Positions 14,540-28,221 of a stretch of DNA of 64,000 nucleotides are shown here, piece by piece. A program made the translations under genes and the position numbers. Where the stretch lies: assembly GCF_009914755.1 (NCBI RefSeq), contig NC_060937.1; one strand, given 5' to 3'. Below the pieces are notes generated by a model. It was given only the letters and a program-made list of their open reading frames with translations. It was not told where the DNA came from and ran no database searches. How positions within the stretch are numbered: the stretch's first letter is position 1; the number at the start of each line of letters is the position of its first letter. The stretch comes from the human T2T-CHM13v2.0 reference genome, Homo sapiens.

Positions 14540-15700
14540 TGGAATTTTATATTTTTTGATTTTATAATTCAAGGGATTCCCCCACTCCCAGTTATAGGTC
14601 TCTAGCCTGCTCCACTGGAGTCGGCTAATCTGCTTGGCCCCTGGTTGTGCAGTCATCCGGGAGCTCCACTCAGGACTTTGAACTGACACCTGCAAGGGTC
14701 GGCGGAGTGAAGAGGCTGGGCCAGGCCCTCTGCCTTCTCCTCTTCCTCCTTCAGTCCTCATCCACCTCTGGTTCCAGTGTGTGGAGCAGGCTCTGTTGTC
14801 CTAGTAAATAAAGAAGAATCAACCAACTTCACAAAACCCCCCAGAAGTGACCAGCCATAAAAATATAAGCTTATTCCAAATACCTGGGACCCTGTACCTG
14901 GAGTCGTCTGCCACAGGGCAGGTCAGATGTCCCATGGCCGAGGGCTCAGGAGCTGTGGCTGGCGGCTGGTAGCAGCACTGGCTTCTTACCTTGGCCGTGG
15001 CCCTAAGTTCCCACATGTGGGAAGTCAGCCTAGTGTGCCATGTGGGAAGTGTCCAGGTTCTTCCTGGGGACACTCTTCTGCCTACATATGTAAAGAGACA
15101 GATTTCTGGGGTGAGAAAGGCAGCTCCAGCTTTTAGAGGAGCCAGGAAATCTCCCCAAGGCTCTGACCTGAAGAAAGAACACTCTCTAGAGAACAAGGGA
15201 GCTCAATCTTTTTTTAGTTCTGATTTCTATCTCCATCACTAAAAATCAAGCTTTAAAAATAAGACCCTATCCATTATGTTTTAATAATCATCACTCGGGC
15301 TTAAAGTGACTAATAATAAAAGGTTTTTGTTTAAATATTAAACACTAATGGTTTTGTTCTGCTCTTGAGAACTGGAGGCAGACAGTTGAAAATGGGTTCA
15401 CAGTGTGCCCTGGCCCTGGGGTCTGGGCTGATGACTAAGGTGACCCCTGGGAAATGGCACCTGTAATCGGAGGCTTGACTGTCTCCCACACTACCCTTAC
15501 CTTGGCCCATGTCACAGTCCCAGGCTGCCTCCTCGCTCTGGCAGCAGTGTGGGGCTTCCCAAAAGGCTTTTGCCTTTTTGTTTTCCCAAATGACCAATGG
15601 ATCTTTTAGAGAGGAATCTATTGTCAATTGCTTCCTTTTTTTTTTTTTTTTTGATGCTACAAGACTACTTTGAAGCTCAGAAAGCCAAATCCTTGATCTT

Positions 15701-15927
15701 AATAATAGTAGCTATTATCTGGCACTGAGCTGAAGCTTTATATACATTATGCTATTTAAAGTTTACAAGAACCCTGAAGGATACACAATATTTTTCCTAT
15801 TTTAAGTATGAGAATTCTGAGGCTTAGAAATTTTAAATAGCTTTCCAAGGACACCAGATTGTAAGCAGTAGAAGGAAGATTTGGAATCAGTTTTTATCTG
15901 ATTCCAAATAACATGCTCTTTCCATTG
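15701..15927 (-). mobile_element. MIR
   Basis: cctattttaagtatgagaattctgaggcttagaa...ccaaggacac...ctgattccaaa. Confidence 0.75.
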
Positions 15928-16094
15928 CCCTAACTCACATAACTAGATAATAATTACATAATGGGTGTAGCCCTCTTGAGACATAATTTTACTTTTATTG
16001 GACAAACCTCTTTTTTTTTGAGTGAATGGTATTTCAGGGATGATTTCAGAGCATGAGCAACTGGGCATAGTGGCATAAACATAGTAGAAAATAC

Positions 16095-16690
16095 ACTGGG
16101 CTTCACCATGTGCCAGCCATTGTTCTGAGTACTTTGTAAAGATTAAATCATTGGATCCTCACAACCATGCCATGATGTAGTGTTTCAGCATGTTCAGGCG
16201 ACTATACCAAAATACCATAGACAGGAGATGGCTTATAAACAACAGAAATGTATTACTCACAGCTCTGGAGGCTGGGAAGTCCAACCTCAAGGTGCTGGTG
16301 GATTTAGTGTCTGGTGAGGGCTTGCTTTCTGGTTCATAGATGGTGCCTTTACTGTGTCCTTGCATGGTAAAAGGGGAAACAAGTTCTCTGGAGTTTCTTT
16401 TATAAGGACATTAATCCTGGTTATGAGGGCTCTGTCCTCATGACCTAATCATGTTCCATAGGTTCTGTCTCCTAATACCATCCCCTTGGAAGGTAGGATT
16501 GCAACAGAGGAAATTTTAGGGGACATAAACATTCAGACCATAGCATGCAGGTTCCGTTACTATCCCTCCATTCTACAGTTGAAGCACAGAGATGTTAAGC
16601 AAATTGTCTAATGTCTGATAACCAGCAAGTGGCTGAGCTGGGATTTGAACCCAGACAGGCTAGATGCAGAACCCTGTGCTCTTAACCATG
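16095..16690 (-). mobile_element. MIR split by an MST/MLT1A LTR
   Basis: atgtgccagccattgttctgag...atcctcacaac | ccattctacag...gggatttgaacccag. Confidence 0.75.
16181..16545 (-). mobile_element. MaLR solo LTR, MST/MLT1A-like
   Basis: TG...CA termini ending cattcagaccatagca; 5-bp TSD tgtag/tgcag. Confidence 0.92.
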
Positions 16691-16719
16691 TATATAGGGC
16701 CTCTCTAACCAAGACAAGG

Positions 16720-17220
16720 GAGGCTATAGGAGGAGGCTTCATGGTGGGGTGAGGACCAGTGGTTAAGAGTTCCATTTGAGCATATTGTATTTGAGGTGGA
16801 CTATTATGTATCCAAATGGAGCTATCAAGAAGGCATTCAGGTCTCAGTTTGGAACACAGGTAGTACGTAAAGCCTGAGATAAGATGGAATCACCTCTAGA
16901 GAGTGTGTGCATGGAGAAGAGAAGAGACCCATGGCCCTTTCCATATCCTAAAGTTGGGCAGAAGAGGGAGGGTTGGCAAAGGACTCAAGTGGTTCTTCCC
17001 TTTCTCTCACACCCACATCCCAATCCTCAAGCAAGTCCTGTGGATTCCAACTTGACTCCCCCCACTCCTTATCACTTCCCAGACATCCACATGGCTCTCT
17101 CCTACAATCTGCAGAGTCCCCTCGCGTCTACTCTGATTCCTTTCTGGCTGCCACCATCCTTTCTAAGCTCTTACCACACTAGCCTTCTTGTTTGGAATAT
17201 GCAGGCACAGATCTAAGTTA
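16720..17220. mobile_element. L2 fragments (mixed orientation)
   Basis: gagttccatttgagcatattgtatttgagg (antisense L2) then tctctcacacccacatcccaatc...caagtcctg (sense L2). Confidence 0.5.
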
Positions 17221-17849
17221 TACCAAACTCAGCCAGGGACATCATCACTTATTTTCCTTAAAAACATTTTTTCCCCCATATGCCTAGAGTCTGCAAAACA
17301 AACTGTGATGAGAACATGGCATGCAAATCCAGCTCTTCTCTCTTCTACATGCATCATTAGCCCAGTCACTTTTGACAACGATGAGCAGTGGGACACATTT
17401 GGCTTGCTTCCTAGGGATTTCAGCGTAGAGTAAAATTCACTTTTATTGAATAGGTAGAAATCAAGGTCAACCTCTAAAATGGGTTTTCTTGGAAAAATGG
17501 AAAGTAGTAATTTACCCCATGAATCATATTTTTAAAAATTAAATTCTACTTCAATAATAAGAGGTGATAGAAGATGCTATTGTATTTCCTTTTTTGCTTT
17601 GTTAAAGAATCAGGATTGAGGCCAGCTGTGTGTGTAGGAGAAAGAGTCAGCAGAATCTCTTTTTATTTCTTCCCTAATCTAACTCTTTCTGAAGGGTCAG
17701 AAAACTAGTTGCTGTTCCTTTCTTGTTTCTTGATTTTTTCTCAGCCCTCTGCAATATTACTTTTTCCTCTCTGGCTTCTTATTGCCTGTCTTCATTCATT
17801 CTTACTCCTTGCCTACCACCCACCGCCAGGAGACTGTCCTGTGTCCCAA

Positions 17850-18830
17850 GAGCCTACTCTGGTTCCCGATGTGTAGTAGCCCTCCCCGCACAACATAGCC
17901 CAGTGGCCCAAGTTCTCACACACTGCTCTGCCTTTGCTTAGGTAGTTCTTATTGCGTGGCATGTATTTCCCTCATTTTTCTACTTAAAAAACTTACTGCC
18001 CATGACTGGCTCAACTGTCCCTTCCTCGGAGAATATTCATCAACCACTCTCTTCCTCCCCCAGGGAGAACTGAGTCTTCCTAAGGCTGTTCCCATAATAC
18101 TATGAATAGATTGCAATGCAGGGGATCAGAATATGCCAACCTTGAAGATGCCACTTTGGCTTAAGAATAATTTTAAGCTGAAGGTGATTGAGAAGCAGCA
18201 AATGGAGGAAAAGCTTTCTATCCTCCCTTTTCCTAACTGAAGGCAGAATATGAATTTCCCTTGGTGAAGTTGTTCCCCTTTCCTTTTCCCATATCCAGAG
18301 TTGAGAAATGACAATTATCACTAGAGACAAAGAGGGCACCAGGTTGGGTCTGCACAAACAAACATTACCAAAATAACTCTTATCATCCATTAATTTTCCC
18401 CATATATTTACCTTTCCACAATTTACCACCCCTAGAAGTCCCAATCCCCTTTTGCTTGCTTTGTCATTTCTCCATAAATTTATTGCCTTTTGTTAAGATG
18501 GTATATAAGCTCCACATTCTAACATCCCATTGAGTTACTCATCACTGTTCTCCAATGAGTACATCTATTGCATATATAAATAAATTCTGTTTTTTCCTCA
18601 TGTTAATCTTTTCTCATTTTGATTTGCGAGTCCCAGCCACTCAATAAAAGAGGATAGATGGGGAGCTTCTTTCCTCTCTTATAGCAGGTACTGAGCTTAC
18701 TTCAAAGTCACTGTGACTTCATGTCTCTTTCTTTTATTAGACTATGTACTTTTGCATTTTTAGTATTTAACACAGTACTTGGTGCAGAGTAGGTGCCCAG
18801 CCCACGGTTGCTGAATAAATGAATGAATGA
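17850..18830 (+). mobile_element. L2 3' end interrupted by an ERV1 LTR
   Basis: Ends cacagtacttggtgcagagtaggtg...tgaataaatgaatgaatga, the typical L2 tail. Confidence 0.6.
18117..18683 (+). mobile_element. ERV1 solo LTR, MER34-like
   Basis: Start tgcaggggatcagaatatgcca; TATA-like tatataag; AATAAA; 4-bp TSD gcaa/gcag. Confidence 0.8.
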
Positions 18831-19341
18831 TTCACAGTGAGGCAAAATTCATAATTTTGCTGGAAGTTTGTCATCCTGATTATAAAGAGTCACATGCATG
18901 TCAACTCCCCACCCAGTTACCACTCTGACTATCCTTCCAAGTCTACATAGTAGATAGCCCCAGAATTTTAAAACTGACAAAATTCCTGTTTCTGATTCTG
19001 TTTCTGACTCACTCTATCCCTTTAAATTATTCACTTCCTGTCTACAATGGTGTTTGTTGGCTTACAAAGCAAGGTGACCCTTGAGGGATGATAACAACTA
19101 AGGGCTTACAAATGATTTCAGAATACCATGAACTGTGTAAATGTGAATACTGTTATGAATCAATAAAGTGGGTGAGGGAATCGAAACTGCTCAGCTCTCT
19201 CTTGAATTGCTAACTGCTTTATCTGTCAAATTAAAAAAGTACTAAAACCAACCCAAGGGGAGAGTCTTGGTATTCACTCTTCCTGTAAGTAATTTTTTAT
19301 TAAGAATAACAAATTAGACAAGAAGCCAGAATTCCAGACAA

Positions 19342-19387
19342 GGGGGTTGGGTGGGGGTGTGGGGGTGGGAGGTTATGGGGGTTGGGG
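19342..19387 (+). other. Predicted G-quadruplex motif
   Basis: Seven G3-G5 runs with short loops. Confidence 0.6.
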
Positions 19388-21517
19388 TTGTCTCTCTTGC
19401 TCTAATTCCCACTTTTGGTGTGTTTATTTAAGTATGTGCTTGCAAAGAGAATGATGCATAAATTATTAGTACCCAAAGGCAGTTCCTCTAAAGGGAAGAG
19501 ACTTTACAAATGTTGCAGCAACTTTTTTTCCGTGGGGTGCTGAGGGGTCCTGAAAGGATCAAGAGCCATTGCGGATGTTTCTCCCTTATGCTGCGGGAAA
19601 AGGAGGGGAGGCCCTCATGTTTTCTCCTGTAGTCAAGCCAGGGTGAACATCTGGTGCTGCTGGACCCCTGGACTACCCACAATGGGTAGGTTATGATGGG
19701 AAATAATTAGCTGATTCAGTCCATGGCTGGAGGAGAGAAGCCATACTGAACGCGAGCTAGCCTGGCGTGAGAAGATGTGCCTTCCCAGCAGTCAGACCTC
19801 AGTTAATACCAGGACTAAACAAGGACAAGCAGTCTCTCAGGGAATGAGGGTCCCCTTTTAGAGGATGATTGGCTTTAGGACTAAAAGTGAAGACCCTGGT
19901 GTGCTGGCTTGTCTCACGTGCCTTGTAACCACGGCCTGCATGCCACCCAACATTATCAGATACAGACGGTAGGCTGTGTCCTGAACTCTGCCTCCCCACT
20001 TCCCTGCGAGGTGTTCAGGGGTCTTCTTTTGACTTAGGAGTGTCCTGAGGGCCCTGTGGGGAGGAGGAAGGGCCCACAGGCGTGGCAGGCACGGTGGTGC
20101 TCAGAGGCCTGGCGCTCATTTTGCAGACGTCGCTGGGAAAAGGAAGAACAATTCCAGCTGTGTGAAGACTGAGTGGCTGCAGGTTTTCCACTCTGGTCAA
20201 GTGCAGTTTTCAAGGAAGAGGTTTGCATCTCACCCTGGGGAGGACCAGCCTTACCCTCAGGCTGAGCCAAATGCCCATTTCCAATGCCAAAAAGATGACC
20301 AAAAAGCTGTGTTCTGACATTTTAAAAAAGCTCAAATATTCATATACAGCCACATGCATATATAAAATATGAAAACATAGTGTATAATTGTTCACAATAA
20401 TTGTGGGTGTGTTAGTGTGTATTTTGTATGCGTATGTGTAATATGTGTTGTGTACATTCTCATATTCTGAAGATAATACATACAACCCCTTCTTGAATCA
20501 CATTTTTTCCTGGAAAACTTGGGAAACACCCCCTTTGTTTCTAGTTTCAAAGACTCAAATAGGAGGAAAGAAATTCTTTTCAAGTTAAAGCAGCACACAT
20601 GAAGTTAAAACTGGAAAAGGCCCATTGAGATTTTTATTCAATTTATACCTCATTTTAAAAACATGAGAAGTATCTTGGAAAGCACTTAGAATCGATTGAG
20701 TCGGGAGACCCTGAGTGGGCACTGACTTGTCTGTTTGGGACATGTTTACTGATGTATGAAGTGGATTGGGGGCTGGGGACAATCAGATCCTAATGGACTC
20801 CAGGAGGCTCCCTGACCCTTTTGTATCCATTCCAGGGTCCAATGCTGATATATTTGTAGATTTCATTTTTGTGACTAGATCCCGGAACATACTGTTGAGT
20901 TAAACCACTCCTGCCCTGGAAAGGTATTATACGCTTAGAGAAACAACAACCACAATAACAAACTGAAGCTTGATGAAGAACTACAGAAAGATTGAAATCA
21001 ATCACTTTCAGAATGCTGAGGGACCTCTGCGATTGGAGGCCTGGCAACACTGCCAGTTTATTTACATTTTGTGTTCTATGGTCATGACCGCAGAAGGTTG
21101 GCCCTAAAATGGAATCTGTTCTCCTATTTTACGGGGCAACTCTTTGCTATGACAAAATAAGAATGGGCCTCTTAGCTTCTTGGATATTCCATCCAAGATT
21201 ACAATGGTTTCCTTACTGATAAACCTTAGGCCTGAGCTCCTCAGGTAAGTATTTCACAGGACAAGTATGATTCTTGGCCATGCCTATTTATTCATAAACA
21301 CATTACATTTTGAATAACCTTGTGAACAAATATGTTAGGAGTTGCATACAATTATGGTGGTTGTGGACTCTGCCTTAGAGTCGGTGGACAGTAATCAGCT
21401 ACGGACTGGTCTGAGGGGCACAATAGAGGCCCCTGGAGATGGATATTTCTATAGAACTTGTTCATAAGTACTGATGGGTTAGCTGGATCATCTTCTGATA
21501 AGTCAGGTTAAAAAAAA

Positions 21518-21812
21518 TTATTTTTTAAGAGACAGGATCTTTCTCTGTCACCCAGGCTGCAGTGCGGTGTTGCTATCACGGCTCACTGCAGCCTTGGCCT
21601 CCTGGGCTGAAGCGATCCTCCCACCTCAGCCTCTTGGGTAGCTAAAACTACAGGTGAATGCCACCACACTTGGCTAATTTTTAAAATTTTTTTGTGGAGA
21701 TGGACCCTCACTATTTTGCCCAGGCTGGTCTTGAACTCCTGGCCTCAATCAATCCTCCAGCCTCAGCCTTCCAAAATGCTGGGATTACAGGTGTGAGCCA
21801 CTGCACGCAGCC
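21518..21812 (-). mobile_element. Alu SINE, AluJ-type
   Basis: J-type text; partial TSD tcaggtWa. Confidence 0.95.
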
Positions 21813-21918
21813 TCAGGTAACAAGTTTTAGTGAAGTAAGATGGATGTATTCTCATGTCTCTCTTTTACAGTTTATAATTTAATGATTTAAAAATACACAT
21901 ACACATGCACAGGTGTAT

Positions 21919-22070
21919 CAGGGATGGCAAATAGGTGTCATCTTTCATGGAAATGCCAGTTGATTGGTGAATGCCACCCTGAGCTCTGTATTGAGAAGAA
22001 TGATGAATCTGTGGGAAGGCCCTATGGGAAAAAATTGTAACAGTTGATTAGAGATATCCTGTAAGGGAAT
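21919..22070. mobile_element. hAT-Charlie MER102-like fragment
   Basis: cagggatggcaaatagg...gattggt...tgtattgagaag matches recalled MER102 terminus. Confidence 0.6.
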
Positions 22071-22945
22071 GGACATTCTTGGGGGTTGAGGGTGATTTTC
22101 TATACAAATACGAGGGCTTTTCTTGTAGGGGGATGCTGAAGTAGTGTGGAAGAATGAAATATCACATAGACGTGGGTTTCCAACCTGTCAGGTGCATTAT
22201 TATTTGATTCCAGCTTGTTAAAATAACTGCAGCACTCATTTAATACATAGTAATAGCTTCCTTAAAAATATCAAAAGTTCAACTATAATTTGTGTAGTAA
22301 GTATAAAACAAACAACTCAACTGAAGACAGGAAATGGGAAAGAAAAATAGTGAGTTCATTTTAAGCTAGTTATATACACAAAAATTAACATTAAGTTAAA
22401 TTCCTATGTTATCCCTAAACTTACATTCGCCATGTTTCCTGATTTCCCACTATTAACTCAAACATTGTTTCACAAACTTTGACCTCCATAAACACAGGAA
22501 GCATACATTTTAATAGGGTAAAGATGGGCTTTGTAGCAAAATAATTTTGTAAGAGGGCCCTTATCTCTTTGCATTTGATAGCAGGGAAGGAACCTCTGAC
22601 TTATGAAGGAGGAAAGAGAAGAGTCAAATTTATGTGACTTGAGCCCTTTGCTTCAATCTGATTAGTTAGCAAATCGTTTTTTCAAATTGTTTAGTTCACT
22701 AAGCCATTAATTCAGCTTCCTTATCAGCACAGAGCAAGGCATTTTATAGAATAGCACTGGAATAAACAAAAGCACTTTAACTCCAAGTGATTTGCTTCAT
22801 CGTTTCATTAAAGCTGACTCTGTTCAAATTGTGTCTGATTTCATATTTTCCTCTCTTAAAGAAGGGCTTATGTTATTTTATTGGCCCATAGGTTAAAAAA
22901 GAGAAACAAAAAAGGATGTTTTCAGACAGTGATTGCGTCGTTTAG

Positions 22946-23268
22946 ATATTGCATTCAGCTACTAGTCACAGACACCCAGTGAGAGTCCCTTAAGCAAATT
23001 AGAAGCTTATTTTTTCTGCCATATTAGAAGGATGGATGATGACATGAGCCCAGTGGCGCTGTGCAGTGCCAAGGACCCAGGCTCCTTGAGACTTCTTGCT
23101 CTTCATCTTTGGTCGCTGGCTTTCATCCTCAAACTCACCTCATGGTGCAAGATGGAAGGAGCTTCAGCAGCCATCATGTCTCCATTCCAGGGAGGAAGCA
23201 GGAGGAAGAGGGGCTGGTCTTCTTTTAAAAAAACTTTCCAGAAGTCACACCCCACCACTGGCCATGTT
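22946..23268 (-). mobile_element. MaLR LTR, MLT1I/J-like (resumes ~23800-23910)
   Basis: caaggacccaggctcc...catggtgcaagatgg...cagccatcatgtctccattccag. Confidence 0.7.
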
Positions 23269-23799
23269 CCAGACGACTCTCACTGGCCTTTTGTTGACCT
23301 CACCCACCTCTGTGGCCCTTGGCCACTCAGCCACCCCTGCATGGACTCTGATCCAGCCCGACAGCACCTTGCCTCCTGCCTGCATCCTGCGTATCTTGTT
23401 CCAAGGTTTCCCTATTGTTGCTGAGACCTGAGGAGCCACAGAGAGTCCACGTGACACCCATGCTAGCATGATCCAGAAAGGCAGATGAGTTGTTGCTTCA
23501 CAGGTGGAGCTTTGGCTAAGGGGAGATGAGAGCAGTCAGTGTGAATGAGATAAGCTCTTCTCCCCTCCAGCCCCCACCTCCAGTAGTTCAGTTGCCTTTT
23601 GGGGCGGGGCCCCGTGAAATTAAGCAGTCAGTTGCACTGTCCAGCTTAGTAACATATCCTCTTATAGGCTCTCTCTCCTCCCCTGCTTTACTTCCCCTGT
23701 CCCTCACCTCTGCTTTCCTGGGATTGCATTCTCCAACAAATTAGTAGCACATATAGTTTTATGTCAGGTTCTGTTTTCTTGGGAACCCAGGCTAAGGCA
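23269..23799 (+). mobile_element. ERVL LTR16-family LTR nested in MLT1
   Basis: 3' end ctgggattgcattctcc...tcaggttctgttttcttgggaacccaggctaaggca. Confidence 0.7.
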
Positions 23800-24509
23800 A
23801 GGCAGAGCTTGGTGACATGGCCATATTCCATTGCTAAGGGGCCAAACAATGCAGTATTTTAGTTGGTAATATTGACATCTCTAATAACATCAGATTTCTA
23901 TTGCTAAGGAAGGATGGTAGAAGCCTCTGCTGTAGTGACACACGGCATACAGAAAAGTAAACTGAGTGATGGCAGACAGTAAGCAGGAGCAGGGCCACAT
24001 CAAGGACTGTGTCTACAACTGGCTCAGTCTCAATTGCAGGCCAAGTCAACATTGAAAAATTCCATCACCTGCATTTTTGCTAAGCTGGAGATGCTGGTGC
24101 CTTTGGGAATGCAGCACAGGGACAAAATCAAAGCGAGACAAATTGCACCAGCTGAGATTGTTTTTTCCTCTTGAGTCTGGAAGAGTCCCACTATCTAGAT
24201 GCAGCTTGCAGCTACAGTCCCCCAAGGCATGGTGTAATTCAAGCTAAGCTGCTTCTAGAGAAGACGGTCTTAGGAGATCTTGGCCGCCGTGCCAATAAAG
24301 TGACTCAAGAGGCTGCTCAGCTGCCCCCAGAGGTCTATTATTTTTATCAGGACTGTGGAAAGTGGGAGTTAGTAGGTACCAGTGGAAGTGAAGTAAGGTG
24401 GGGAGCCTAGATGAAAATAGAAGTTCAAGATTTAAAAAGATTTAAGAAGACTTACTCTCATGGGGCAGGGCCATCAGCACCAAGAAAGCAGCTGGTTAAG
24501 ATGCAAGTG

Positions 24510-24840
24510 AGTTGGGCATGGTGGCTCATGCTGTAATCCCAGCACTTTGAGGGGCCGAGGCAGGAGGATGACTTGAGTCCAGGAATTCAACACCAGCCAG
24601 GCCAGGATAGCAAGATCAAGTCTCTACAATAATAAAAATTTTTTTAAAATTAGCTGGGCATGATGGTACATGCCTGTAGTCCTGCCTACTTGGGAGGCTG
24701 AGGCAGGAAGATCACTTGAACCCAGGAGTTTGAGGCTGTAGTGAGCTATAATGGTACCACTGAACTCCAGAGTGAGATCCTGTCCCTAAAAGAAAAAAAA
24801 ATTAAAAAGAAGAAACCAAAATAGTTGAAGTAGGAGAAAG
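24510..24840 (+). mobile_element. Alu SINE, AluJ-type
   Basis: gcaggaggatgacttgagtccagg..., gaggctgtagtgagctat, A-rich tail. Confidence 0.93.
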
Positions 24841-25424
24841 AAAATGGGGTTACCCAGAGACCTTTAAGGACGGAAGGTGAGAACAAGTCCTAAGGAGTTT
24901 GATCTGTATGGACGTTTTTCTTGGTTGCGCGTACAGGGGCTGGCATCTTAGCTTGATTCTTTTGGGTTCAGCTTGTTTTTTCTTTCTAATTTTGGACATT
25001 ACTTGCAAAATACAAAATCTCTGGAAAGCTTCAGACCTTAAACACATTATTGATCAGTGAATACCTAAATAGGGATTAGTTGATAAATCCTGACAGCCAC
25101 AGGACCCTTGGTTGTGGGGTGTGGGGATGTGGGGCTGGCATGTGGAAGAGAGCACCTGGGGCCTGAAGCAGACAAAAGGACAGAGTTACCAGTAAAGGGC
25201 TGGCTGAAGTCCACAGCATTTGATTCTCTTCCGTAAGCAGCTCATCAAAGCTGCAGAATGTTAGAAATACCAGGAAGAGTACAAACAGTGCCAATCATAT
25301 CACAAACCATTAGTCCAAAATCACAGTGCAACCCAGATAGTCTTAATAAATGAGCAAAGCCAGGACAAACTTCACAGCCTAATTTTATTAGGTGCTTCTC
25401 AAAGTGCAGAGAGAAAGGATGAAA

Positions 25425-25900
25425 CCAGATAGGATGCTTTAGGCTGCAAGTAACAAAAAATCCAGACACAGTGCTCTTAAATAATATGGCCAGTTGCAGG
25501 GCTGGTTATTCAGAAGTTCAGCAGCATCTTCACAGGCCCAGCATTTTCTTTCTCTCCTTCTGTGTGGTTCTACCATCCTCAGCATGCCAGCTGGGATCTC
25601 CTCTTGGTCCCAAGGTGGCTGCCATGGACCCAGACATGGAGCAGAAATGCAAAAATGTTTTGTTCTCCAAGTATTTCTTCTCAAGTTCTCATTGCATTAG
25701 CAAGAAAACTTTTCCAGAATCCCTTCAGCCAACTTTCTTTCATGTCTCATTGGCCAGAACTGCTTCTGCCCAAGCCTCACCCTGGAAGGGAAAAGGAGCT
25801 ACCACAATTGGCGTAAACTTATCTTGATACACCGCTTAGGGCTGGAGCTGGGGCCCATTTTCCCTAAAGCACTTAGCGACGTGGAGGAGGCTGGACACCT
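25425..25900 (-). mobile_element. MaLR LTR, MLT1K/J-like
   Basis: ggatgctttaggctgcaagtaacaaaaaa...gtctcattggccagaactg. Confidence 0.7.
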
Positions 25901-26559
25901 GGTGGAAATCTTAATCTTTCTGAGACTCAGTTCATCTGTAAGACTGAACTAATAGTTGTGTGTACTTCACAGACTGGTTGTGTTGAATAAATAAGATAAT
26001 GGGTGCGAAGTGTGAACCACACAGCAAACGCTCAGTTAGTGGTTGCTATGATTACAGGAGTTTCAGCTGCAGAATGTGAATCGCTCCTGTCACAGAAAAA
26101 AGATCACAGCAAGGGGAGAATCACAGTTGCAGTGCCTGTGGCACTTAGAGAAGGTGTTCTTTCTGTTTGATGCTGAAGCACTAGTCCTCACTCTTGTGTC
26201 TAAATGGTAGTCTTTCTATCTCCCCACAAGAATTCAGGGACGTTTCATGATGCTGGCATTACAATTGTCTTGTCAGCTTTTGCTGTGACAGATGAGACAC
26301 AGGCTGCAGAATTTGGACAGTGGAATGGAAGATTAAGCACATACATTCCCTGTGTACTGCTCAAGGAAAAACATATGTTCTCTGAGGTTTCCATCTCTGG
26401 GGTCTCAATAAGCTGCCTGGCAGATAAGGACTGCAGCTTCCTTACGTTCTGACTGCATTCAAGGCAGGGCCTCAGGCTATAGGCCTGAAGCTCCCCCAAG
26501 CTGTCCTGTTGCCACTCTGGCTTCCCCAAACCGGGGGACAGACAGTGAAATGGGCATAT

Positions 26560-26785
26560 GCAGCAGACACACCAACCTGCATTTGAACACTGGCTCAGCC
26601 GCCTACCAGCTGTGTGACTGTGTGCAGGTCACTGAACATCTCTGCAGCTCAGTTTATTATATTTTATTTTTTCATCTGGAAAGTAGGTTTCATACCTATC
26701 TTGCAAAGCTGTGAGGTTACAGATAATGCATGTGAAGTAGCTATCATTTAACATACATTCAATAAGTGATAGCCACTGTGATTAC
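26560..26785 (+). mobile_element. MIR
   Basis: tttgaacactggctcagccgcctaccagctgtgtgact...tctctgcagctcagttt. Confidence 0.8.
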
Positions 26786-27880
26786 TGATTGGGTTCATTT
26801 TTGTGCATATGTATGCATATATTTTATTTTTAACAGCTTTATTATATTTATTATGTTATATGAGGTATAATTTACATACAGTAAAATTTGTTCATTTTAA
26901 GTGTGTGGTCTAAGAAGCTTTGGCTAATGTGTATCCATGTAACCACCACCATAATCTACATATGGAACATTTCTATCACCCCAACATTGTAGGCAACCCT
27001 GACCTCCCTCTCTGGCCTCAGACAATCACTGATTTGCTTTCTGTCATAGGTTTTTTGCCTTTTATTGAGTTACATAAAAACAGACTCATATAGTATACAG
27101 CCTTTTGTGTCTGGCTTATTTCCCCTTGCATAATGTTTTTAAGATTTATTTAGTATCACATGTATATTCATAGTTTGCTCCTTTATATTACTGAATAGAA
27201 TTTCATTTGCCAGTTGATAGACATTTGAACTCTTTTCAGCTTGGAGCTATAATTAATAGTGATGCTATAAAGATTCATGTACAGTGTGTGCACCTATGCT
27301 TTTATTTCTCTTGGGTAAATACCTTGAAATGGAATTTCTAGGTCATATGGGATGTTTAATTTTATAGGAAACTATCAACTGTCTGCCAAAGTGGCTGTAG
27401 CATTTTGCTCTTCCGCCAACAGCGCATGAAATTTACAGTTGCTTTAAATCCTCCCCAGTACTTGATATTGCCATTTATTTTAATTTTAGCTATTCTAATG
27501 TGTGGCTGGAGGTGTCTCATGGTTTAAATTTTCACATCTCTGATAGCTAGTGATGCTGAGCATCTCTTCATGTACTCGTTGGCCATTAGTATGACTTTTT
27601 TGTGAAGTCTCCATTCAATCTTTAGCTCAATTTTTAATTGAGTTGTTCATCTACTTATTGTCATGTTGCAGAATTCTTGAGATATTCTGAGTTCAAATCC
27701 TTTGCCGATATGTTTTACAAAAATTTCCTCCCATTTTGTGACTTGCATTTTCATTTTCTTAATGATACCATTTAATAAGCCCAAGTATTTTATTTTGGTG
27801 AAGTCCAGAGTATTCAATTTTTCTTCTATGGTTTGTATTTTTGTGTGCATGTTATATCTAAGTAATCATTGCCTACCTTA

Positions 27881-28221
<341 letters not shown>

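Noticed and set aside
20118-20136. CTCF-like string tttgcagacgtcgctg
   Set aside because: Too many mismatches in the core
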